Shown here: positions 1 through 11,363 of the stretch, one piece after another
Position numbering within the stretch: the stretch's first letter is position 1
Layout: the number at the start of each line of letters is the position of its first letter
From: Octopus sinensis
Lineage: Eukaryota
DNA: 64,000 bases
Assembly: GCF_006345805.1 (NCBI RefSeq)
Contig: NC_043022.1
Coordinates: forward strand, 22,692,001-22,756,000
Direction of reading: 5' to 3'
The notes under the pieces: model-generated
The model's database searches: none
Told to the model about the DNA's origin: nothing
The model's input: only the letters and a program-made list of their open reading frames with translations
Translations under genes and position numbers: made by a program

Positions 1-85
1 AGATAAGGAGAAGAGGCTTGAATCCTGTGCTCCAATATGGGTCTCACCAGCATGACATAGAGCGGTAGGAATATGGCTGCTGTGA
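1..85 (-). mobile_element. CR1-clade LINE fragment
   Basis: IFLPLYVMLVRPILEHRIQASSPY resembles the CR1 LY..LVRP.LEY...W.PY motif. Confidence 0.7.
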
Positions 86-298
86 GAATTAGTACCAGGC
101 TTTACAAAACATAAATAAGTACTGGGGTCAATTCGTTCAACTAGAATTCTCCAAGGCAGTACCCCAGCATGGGCAGAGTCTAATGACCAAAACAAGTCAG
201 AGATACATGATGTTTATCCAAAAACATACAATCAAAAAAAGCACTTTGTGGATGAATAAGGCAAAAACAACTTCCTGAACTTCAAAGGGTGTACTTAC

Positions 299-353
299 GG
301 AACGGAGGTGGTTTTAATTCTTCGTTACAGGACTCGCTCTTTTCTGGGATATC
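299..353 (-). CDS. FHAD1: Probable FHAD1 coding exon 20 ([18 protein letters not shown])
   Basis: Strong C|GTAAGT donor; only one frame is open and it is phase-compatible with exon 19; the AAG acceptor is weak. Confidence 0.5.
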
Positions 354-3300
354 CTTCCAAAAAATTTAAAGTAAAATTTATATAGTCAAATATTTCAAAC
401 AACCTTGGTAAACAACATTTATACAGACAGATGTTTAATATCGCCTTGTTAAATAACATTTATATAAACAGACATTTTAAATAGTCTTGTTTATTAATGT
501 TTATATAAATGGGTATATTACACAGACATGCTAAATAACGTTTACATAGAAATATTTGAAGTGGTCTTGTGGAATAACATATCTTTAACTTGTTTCAGTG
601 GCCATGTTGGGGCATTGGCTTGAAGAATTTTTTTGTCAAATGAATCAACCCCCAGCACTTACTTTTTTGCTAAGCATGGTACTTATTCTATCCATCTCTT
701 TAGCTGAGATGCTAAGTTACAGGGACATAAACACAGCAACATTGGTTGTCAACAGTACTGGAGGACAAGTACCGTTGGCGATTTTTTTTTTCCCTCTGTC
801 TTCCCTTCTCTGGATCTTTCCTTCTCCTATGTTTCAGACGAAGAGCTCCGCTCGAAACGTTAAACCCTCCTTCTTTCCTGAGCGTCCAATAATACTATAT
901 TTGTTCCACGTCCTCGCGCTGTTGTGTTTTTTTGTGTTTTCTTGTTTGGATTATATATATATATACACGATGGGCTTCTTTCTACCAAATCCATATATAC
1001 ACAGATACATCATGGGCTTCTGTCTACCAGATCCACTCACAAGGCTTTGGTTGACCTGAGGCTATAGTAAAAGACACTTGTCAAAGGTGCCATGCAGTGG
1101 GATTGAACCCGGAACCATGTGGTTACAAAGCAAGCTTCTTAACACACAGCCGTGCCTGTGCCTCTATCGACATATTTTGAATACTCCGGATAAATAACAT
1201 TTATATAGACAAACATTTTAAACAGGCCTATTAAATAACATCTATATAGATATACATTTTAAACAATCTTATTAAATGACATTTATATAAACAGATATTT
1301 TAAATAGTTCTGTTAAATAACATTTATATAAACAGAATATTTTAAATAATAAGGGTGGTGAGCTAGCAGAAACGTTAGCACACCGAGTGAAATGCTTTGT
1401 GGTATTTCATCTGCCACTGCATTCTGAGTTCAAATTCCACCAAGGTTGACTTTGCCTTTCATCCTTTCGTCGTTGATAAATTAAGTACCAGTGACGCACT
1501 GGTGTCAATGTAATCAACTTAATCTGTTTGTCTGTCCTTGTTTGTCCCCTCTATGTTTAGCCCCTTGTGGGCAATAAAAAAAAAAGGAATATTTTAAATA
1601 TTTAGACGTAGGAGTGGCTGTGTGGTAAATAGCGTGCTTACAAACCACATGGTTCTGGGTTCACTCCCACTGCGTGGCACCTTGGGCAAGTGTCTTCTAC
1701 TATAGCCTCGGGCCAACCAAAGCCTTGTGAGTGGATTTGGTAGACGGAAACTGAAAGAAGCCCATCATATGTATATATATGTATGTGTGTGTGTGTCTGT
1801 GTTTGTCTCCCCGACATCACTTAACAACCAATGCTGGTGTGTTTACGCCCCTGTAACTTAGTGGTTCGGCAAAAGAGACCAATAGAATAAGTACTAGGCT
1901 TACAAAGAATAAGTCCTGGGGGTGATTTGATCGAGGTGGTGCTCCAGCATGGCCACAGTCAAATGACTGAAACAAGTAAAAAGGTAAAAGAGTAACCTTT
2001 TCACTGTGAAATTAAATTTCATAGTTATTCCAGTAATGATGTTGAATATCGACCAAAAACTAGAATTGGTAATTTCTGTGTTACATTACCTCATTTAACT
2101 TGATATATCTCAACAGAAAACAGTTTCAAACATGACATTCCTGAACAAAAGATAGATTGATATATATATATTACGGAGATGTACTTGCATAGTGAGTGAC
2201 TTGATCTGAGATCGTGTGCTGGAACGAAAACAATTGCAGCATGGAAGGTGTTTATAAGCCATTTAAGAAACACACAAAACTGTTAGATTCACTTCAACAT
2301 TTAAATTTAATTTGTCAAAATATTTTCGTCGCTTTGAGACCTGTTCACTGTTGTCTACTGGACCAGTGTGTCCAATATAATCTTTTAAGCAATTAAACAC
2401 ATTGGGTTGAATTAAAACCTTGATTTCTCAGTCATCTACTTTCTACTCATTCCATTATTAAATTGCTAACTCCTTTCAAAGAAATGAACCAAGAAGTTAT
2501 TTCCAATACATGACACCCAACTAAGAAAAATCTGCAGCCTACAGCATAAATACGTTACAACTGGTAACCATTGATCAACACGTGTGCATCCCAATGTCCT
2601 CACATTGCAAGCACTGCAATTTTATAATTGCAACAAAGTGCTGCAGTCAAAAGCAACTGCTTTGCACCTTTAAGTATGGAAGCCCAGCATGGAAAAAAAA
2701 CACCTGAAAGCAAACATACAATCTACATCTTGTGTCTATAGATGCAAAAATTGACTTTCTATGGTTCAATCCCTTATGGACATTTGTAAATTTGGATTTC
2801 ATAAGTTACCCATAAAATTACTTTTTGCATGTCCTTAAGATTTTCGTTACAACACTATTTTCCAGTTAACTGCAACAAACTAGATTGTTGTTTTTGTTTG
2901 TTCCTTCTTGAGCCATGCCTGGCTCATAAGGGCCGGTTTCCCGGTTTCTTGGTTCCCCACCTGGACGGGACGCCAGTCCATCGCAGATGAGCTGCAAGAT
3001 GCAGGAGGAAAGAATGAGAGAAAGTTGTGGCGGAAGAGTCAGCAGAAGTTTTGCCATTACCTTCTGCCAGAGCCGCGTGGAGCTTTGGTGTTTCGCTCAT
3101 AAACACACACATCGTTCGGTCTGAGATTTGAACCCGCAATCCCTCGACCGCGAGTCCACTGCTCTAACCACTAGGCCATGTGCCTCCAACAAACTAGATA
3201 CCATATACTGTTTATCTTAACCTTTTCTTCTATCTATACGTTTACTTGGAACCTCTTTTGTTTCGCATTTTCATTTTTATTCTGTTTGCACATTAGCTTT

Positions 3301-5758
3301 ACATACTTTCTTACATGAATACAAATACCGTCTTTTTTTGTGAGCAAATACCAACACAAATACAGACATGTTCTCTCTGTCATCTTGTACATTTTTTGCT
3401 CATTCACCTACCCACACACATAAATATGATAACAGCTGGCATTTTTATTTGTTCTGCTGATAGTAATTTTTTCCCCTGCAAACTAGTTCATGTTGAATAC
3501 AAGTCTTGCAGCACACGTGAAAGCTTCACAAGATAGCAATATTCAATGTACTGCAGTCCACCTTCTCAACAACACTCCATTCGTAACCTGAAGACCCATG
3601 AGTACATTTTCGTATGCATTTGTCTTTACATCATCCATAATGCATTCACTCACGTCATGTATTGTCTAGTACTTCATTCACTTTCACTATCTGTTTTTTC
3701 ATATAAAATAATAAATAAAAGCACCCTTTTAAAGCCTAGCCAGGCTCACGGGCCCAGTTTCCTGGTCTCTATGGTGTATGTGTTCCCCAGCTGGATGGAA
3801 CGCCAGTCCATCGCAGCGTTACTCATTTTTGCCAGCTGAGTGGACTGGAGCAATGTGAAATGAAGTGTTATGTTCAAGAACACAACACGTCGCCTGGTCC
3901 AGGAATCGAAACCACAATTTAACGATCATAGTGCTGACACCCTAACCACTAAGCCACGCACCTCCATGTTTTTTTATATAAATACTATTATTTTCTTTGA
4001 GCACTCAACTTTTATTGCATTTTCTTCTTCAACTTTAAACACTGAGTTGCAACACACATTTATCTGACACAACATATTAACCCTAGTACTTGTGCCTTCA
4101 TTAACTATTTTCAAATCTGTGCTAATGCTAAGTTCCAACTCTCAACATTGCTTCTCTCAATTAGCAACAGTTCACATTGAACTGCTTCCATTCTTATTGG
4201 CTATTGATCTTACCACACAACTTAACTTAACCAGACTTATTCAGAGCTTGCCATATAATCCTGATATTTCAATAAGAAACCAGGCTACACTTTCTGCACT
4301 GCTTCTTTAGGCCATTCATCATCTTTCATCTGTACATCTTATTCTGGTCATAGTGTACATAGACAAAGTTTACTTGATTCTGTGTATCCAGTGCATCTTC
4401 AGGAAATGATAATACCATTTCCCTGGAGATTTTCTGAAGAAGAATTCCTAATACCGAAATACTGAAATACAAGGTTAAAAGTACAAACAATTGTCTTGTA
4501 TTATTTCTTACTAGCACTATGACCCGACAATGCCAGATCATAGTGCTAGTGCATGCATATACAGCTGCATGCATGCGTGCGCACATACATGCGAGTACTG
4601 TCCAAATCTCCGACCAATCACATACAGCTAGCTCGCGTTCAATTGGTGTATCAAGTTTCAGGCATTTTGATTGGGTTTTGGATAGAAAATTCACCAAAAA
4701 GTCACTGCTATTGGTTTTTTAATGGCTCGCGGGGTGACTGGGGAAATGTAAAGATGTGCACGACCACCCTTGGACAGTTTTCAATTACCATAGAAAGTGT
4801 GAGCCCTCTAACTAAAAAATTGTGAATTTGTACATTGTGAATTTGTGAATTTGAAGGACAAATTGTGAATTTGAAGGACATGCACACAGACATTTTGCTG
4901 TTTATATATATAGAGAGATAATTTGAACTGTTCTGGCTTTTGAAATAAATTAAAAACACTTATCTATATCAGATAACGCTTCATGCAAAGTGTTAAGATA
5001 TTAAGGTGTCAATCTGGCAGAATCATTAATGTGTGCGGAAAAATGCTTAGTGGCAATTCTTGTGACCTTACATTCCGAGTTCAAATGCCGCCAGGATTAA
5101 CTTAGCCTTTCATCCTTCCAGGGTCAATAAAATAAGTACCAGTTGAATACTGGGGTCTATATAATTAATTTATATCCTTCGCCTCCAAAATTGCTAGCCC
5201 TGTGTCAAAGTTTGAAAGCAATAACTAGAGATATCAAGGTGTTGAGCCAGCAGGATCATTACTGTGTCAGGAGAAATGCTTAGGGGCTATTCTGCAAATG
5301 CTGCAAGGTCAAATTTGTCTTTCGTCTTTACGGGGTCAATAAAATTAGTACCACTTGAACACTGGGGTCGATATAATTAACTTATCTCCTCCCCCAAAAT
5401 TGCTGGCCTTGTGCCAAAATTTGAAAACAATGTTTAGAGATGTCTCAAATGTGAATTAAATAATTACAAAACATATTTGCCTCTTATTTACATTCGACGG
5501 ATATTTGTCCTCATCTTGTTTGTTGTTAACACAACGTTTCGGCTGATGTACCCTCCAGCCTTCATCAGGTGTCTTGGGGAAATTTCCAACCTGGGTTCTC
5601 ATTCCTAAGGTATTTTTTGATGTTATTGTTATTATTATTGTTATTATTATTATTTTCCAGATCACTGCTTGGAATCGTTGTGGTTAAGAGCGCGGGCTAC
5701 TAACCCCAAGATTGTGAGTTCAATTCGAAGCAGTAACCTGAACAATAACAATAACAAC

Positions 5759-5794
<36 letters not shown>

Positions 5795-5828
5795 TATGAT
5801 AATAATAATAATAATGATAATAATGATG

Positions 5829-5865
<37 letters not shown>

Positions 5866-8800
5866 CAACAACATCGAAAAACACCTTAGGAATGAGAACC
5901 CAGGTTAGAAATTTCCCCAAGACACCTGATGAAGGCTGGAGGGTACATCAGCCGAAACGTTGTGTTAACAACAAACAAGATGAGGACAAATATCCGTCAA
6001 ATGTAAATAATGTAAATAATGTAAATAATTCCTCATTTGTTTAATTACAAAACATATTTGCCTCTTTATTAAATATCAGGAAAAGTATATTTTATTTAAA
6101 CTACAGAAAAATTGAATTCATTTGGTGATAGAAGGAGAAGACAACATCTATGTAAGGTGATTGGTTGGCCTATAGTATGTCCCCTGCAGTTGTGTTGTGT
6201 ACATGGCACACATATACATGCTAACACTATGTGGAAGCCCAACTTACATTCTTCAATCGCCCATTATCATCCACACAACAACAGTGCGCATGGAAACCTG
6301 GTTCACTGTGAAACCTGTGTTGCTGTTTTCTGTTAACAAATTCCCGCAGGAGTCTTATCTGCTTAGACAGATCCTCGTTAGTTTTCTCTTTGTTTACTGA
6401 TTGTGTCCGCACCACCCTGTCGTTGAAAAAAACAAACAAACAAAAAAACAAAACAGCCATTAATCCAGAATCAGATGGAGAAGGGAGTAGAAGGAAAATG
6501 GTGGGTGGGGCTCTCTCTCTCTCTCTCTCTCTTTACTTGTGTCAGTCATTTGACTACGGCCATGCTGAGGCACCGCCTTTAGTTGAGCAAATCGACCCCA
6601 GGACTTATTCTTTGGAAGCCTAGTAATTATTTCTATCGGTCTCTTTTGCCGAACCGCTAAGTTACAACGACGTAAACACACCGCCATCAGTGTAAACACA
6701 CCGCCATCGGTGTAAACACACCACCATCGGGCTGTGAATGATAGAGAAAAAAAAAATTACGTCATCGCCATTTGTCATCACTTAACATTCGTTTTCCATG
6801 CTGGCATCAAGCCAATAAGACCCATGCTAAAACAAGACATTGGAGCTTGATGTAGTCCCCCCCACCCACACCCTACAAGCTAGTTGGACTCTGTGAAGCT
6901 ATTCAATCCGTACCAGCACAAAAGATAGATGATGATGATGATGATGATGGTGATGATGGTGACAATGATGACGACAACAATGATGATGATGATGATGATG
7001 ATGACACCGATCATGATGATGATGACAATGTTGAGGAGGGGAGGCTAAGACAGAAATGGGTTTTAGAAATTAAGTGTATGCTAAGGCCTGGGAGTCAGAA
7101 TTTGGGAAGGGGTTGAGGTTAGATGTTAAATGATGATGATGATATATATATGAATACTAGCAGTATCGCCCGGCGTTGTTCGGGTTTGTAAGGGAAATAA
7201 CTATATAAGCATTTTTAGAGAGTTACTTCCCTTATAAATTCGGGCTTTCTTAGCCATTTTTGTTTTGGTGTCTTCAAGCCATGAAGTCGTTCTAAAAGAA
7301 CGCTGGTTTCCTTCACAACGCATTACGACGTTGATTTCTTTACACTCCCTTCCCCACAGCTTCACGAGGGAGGGAAGGGGGAGAAGCAAACAGGTGCAGC
7401 TGTGAGTGTGGACGCCAACTCCGCCGCCATCGACATACGATGCATTTTATGCATTAAAATGGAATAAAAAATGATGTTAAATTATTTTTAAAATCGTAGA
7501 CTCATCGTTGACGCGCGCTAATAGTCAGACGGGCTCGATATGAATCACGACTATAAGATACCCGAATTTGGTTAAACTGCACCGCAAAATGTGGGAGGAG
7601 TTAGGAATCTAAATCGAAGGGGACAGACACTCACACAACTAGAGTTTTATATATATAGATATGCATGTGCGTGAATGTGTGTACATTTGTGTCTGTTTGT
7701 CCTGACATTGCATGATATTTGTAAAGTGATTTGTCGCTGTTATACAAGCAGTGTCATTTCATTCATTTCCAATATTCTGCAAAATCATATCTGCCCACGG
7801 AGAAATATTTCCTTGCTTGGAAGAAACAGGGGTAGGTTGGTGATAGGGAGGGCATCCATCCTGTTTCTTTATTAGCCACAAGGGCCCAAACACAGAGGGG
7901 GACAATACAGCCTGATGGGGTCAGATACACAATGATTATATGACTTTTAAAATTTTACAAAATATAATGAAATATAATGAAATCGAATGAGATACAACAA
8001 GGACAAAATACAAACATGAAATGAAGCAGAGAGATGGGTTACGCTCTGACCCCACGAGCCCCATTCTCCTACTGGAACTTTTGTATACAGACTTATGACA
8101 TGTTCACGAGGAATCTTTCATTCCCAGCACCCTCACAACATGCAACCATCTTTCTTTGAACATTTTCTTTGACACATTTCTCTCCAGCCTCACCTTCCTT
8201 TTAAGGTGGAAGATAAAAAATTTCACCAACCTGAGACCGGAGATGAGGTTGCCTGTCGCCAAACCTTTCATTCGTGACTTCCATACCACCTCTTTCACCA
8301 TTGCTACTACTGCAAGAAAACCTTGCTTTCATGAGGAAATCCGGCGGGTCAATTTTTACAATTGACTCAGATGACAGCCGTACTCTTCCCGAACCTGACA
8401 GCAGATGTTCTGCATAAGCCCACACTTCAGACACTCCTGGACACTGAACAATAGCGTGCAGGACGGTTTCCCTATCCTGCCCGCATCTTGGACAGTCGGC
8501 AGTGCTAGCCTGCCTCAAAAGACTCCTCACCCATGCAAGCATGGAAAAGTGCATGTTGAAATTACAATGATGATGATGATGGTGATGAAGATGAGGAAGT
8601 AAAAAGAGAGGAAACAAAAACATAACAGGTAATTCTGGGGCCAAGATAGTAAGGAGAATTAAGGGGTCATTGCAATATCAGTACGATGTTATTCAAATAT
8701 AAGTGTGCATGCTACTCACTCCAGATCCATTTGTAATTTCAAGATGGCTTCCTTCTTAGCCTCAATCTCTTTAGATAATGCAGCATGCTTTTCCTTCATA

Positions 8801-9168
8801 ATTATCATCTCCTGCATATGTCTGTTAACGGATTGCCTACTTAATTCTAACTCTTCTTTATTATCTTCACTTAGTTCACCTGTACAATGGTATAAACAGT
8901 AGTTGCAGAATTTGTAGTTATAAAACAGTAGTAGTAGCAACAGCGCAAGTAGTAGTAGTCGAGGTATATGTAGGTATGCCTATGTATATATACATAAATA
9001 TCAAACAATGAGAATGAGTGCTCAACACCACATTGGCAGATAAAGATTCTTTGCTTGTGTATTAATCCAAAATGAAGACAAACACCAATTTTTCTATGTG
9101 AATAGCTTAAATAATTGTTAAGGATCTCTTTAATATGAAACCAATGGTAGCCTTAATACACAAATAAA

Positions 9169-9239
<71 letters not shown>

Positions 9240-9531
9240 GTATATGTATATATAAATATATATATATAAATATATATATATGTGTGTGTGTGTGTATATA
9301 AAAGAAAAGTTATTTGATTGTGGCCATGCTGAAGCACCACCCTTAAAGAGGTTTTTAGTTGAAGAAATTGACCCCAGGATTTATTCTTTGTAAGCGTAGT
9401 ACTTATTCTATTGCTCTCTTTTGCCAAACCGCTAAGTTACAAGGACATAAACACACCAACATTGGTTGTCAAGCAATGGGGGGTGGGAACAAACAGAGAC
9501 AAAAGACACACACACAAATATACATATATAT

Positions 9532-9567
<36 letters not shown>

Positions 9568-11319
9568 AATAATAATTGCAGCGTGGAAGGTGTTTATAAG
9601 CCATTTAAGAAACACACAAAAACCGTTAGATTCACTTCAACATTTAAATTTAATTTGTCAAAATATTTTCGTCGCTTTGAGACCGCGACCTGTTCATTGA
9701 CAAAACTTTGTGCTGCATCACGAAGTTTTGTCAATGAACATGTCGCGGTCTCAAAGTGACGAAAATATTTTGACAAATTAAATTTAAATGTTGAAGTGAA
9801 TCTAACGGTTTTTGTGTGTTTCATTTTATAAACATCAAATGGCTTTGAGGGGGTCCATCCAAGTAATTGAAGGGGGTCCATAAGCAAAAAAATGATTGAG
9901 AAGCACCGATTTAAAAGGGTCTAACCTGCCATATCAGACAAACGAGCATAAGCTTCAACAATATCACGACGCTGCTTAACAATTATATTGTCTTTCTCCT
10001 GTAAAACATGTTTTAACTGAAGAATTTCTGCTCTGGAAGACAAAAATAAATAAATAAATATATAAATAAATAAATGAATAAAGAAATAAAACAAGTTTTA
10101 CTTTTACTTCTAAGCAACACAATTCAAAGAATTCTTTAAACAAAAACTAATCATCATCATCATCATCATCGTCGTCGTCGTCGTTTGACATCTGCTTTCC
10201 ATGCTAGCATGGGTTGGACGATTTGACTGAGGACTGGCGAACCAGACGGCTGCACCAGGCTCCAGTCTTGATCTGGCAGAGTTTCTACAGCTGGATGCCC
10301 TTCCTAGTGCCAACCACTCCGAGAGTGTAGTGGGTGCTTTCACGTGCCACCGGCACAAGGGCCAGTCAGGCGGTACTGACAACAGCCACGCCCAAATGGT
10401 GATTTTTTTACGTGCCACCTGCACAACGGCACAAGTGCCAGTAAGGTGACACTGGTAACGATCATAATAATAATTCTTTCCAATTGTGGTACAATGCTAG
10501 GAATTTTAGTTGAATCGCATCAAGCCCCAATGCACAACTGGTATTTATTTCATCAACACTAAAAGGATAAGTATACAAAGTTGGCCTTGGTAGAATTTGA
10601 ACTTGGAACACAGAGACTGACAAAATGCCGCTAAACATTTTGTCCAATGTACTAATGATTCTGCCCCAGTTCACTGATTATGGTGTCACATAACTGGCAC
10701 ATAAAAAAAATTGTTTCCTCTCGAGCCATGCCAGGTTCATAAGGGCCAGTTTCAGTGGCGTAGAAATTCCCCACCTGGACGGGACGCCAGTCCGTCACAG
10801 GATTACGCAGCTGAGTGGACTGGAGCAAGGTGAAATGAAGTGTTTTGCTCAAGAACACAACGCGTCACTCGATCCAGGAATCGAAACCACAACTTTACGA
10901 TCATAAGTTCAACACCTTAACCACTAAGCCATGCGCCTCTACAATTGTATTCTTGGAGTGGTTGGCATCAGGAAGGACATACAGCTGTAGAAACCATGCC
11001 AAATCAGATTGGAACCTAGTGCAGCTCTCCAGTTTACTAGTTTCAGTCAAACCGTCCAACCCATGCAGATGCTAAATGATGACAATGATGATGATGAGGG
11101 TTTCAAATATTGGCACAAGATCAGTTATTTCTAAGAGAAGAGGAAGTTGATTATATCAACCCCTACCTCAATGCTCAACAGGATACTTATTTCATCAACC
11201 CTAAAACGATTAAAGGACAGGTTGACCTTGGTGGGATTTGAACTCAGGAAGTAAAGAGCCAGACAAAATATTGCTGAGCATTTTGTCCAATATATTAATG
11301 ATTCTACAAGCTCATCGCC

Positions 11320-11363
<44 letters not shown>

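Noticed and set aside
47-85. Apparent small FHAD1 exon (cag|...|gtgaga)
   Set aside because: The sequence is a CR1 LINE RT fragment
598-1059. 153-aa hydrophobic ORF, and the many 60-120 aa ORFs ending in motifs such as [16 protein letters not shown] or [11 protein letters not shown]
   Set aside because: They lie within SINE or LINE-UTR repeats; the recurrent peptides reflect repeat copy number, not genes
2400-2870. Possible extra FHAD1 exon in unique sequence
   Set aside because: Candidate acceptor/donor pairs give stops or incompatible phases
5669-6044. Poly-N and poly-I ORFs, and similar YI/CV-repeat ORFs throughout (e.g. 46328-46700, 62197-62544)
   Set aside because: Translations of (AAT)n, (TA)n and (CA)n microsatellites
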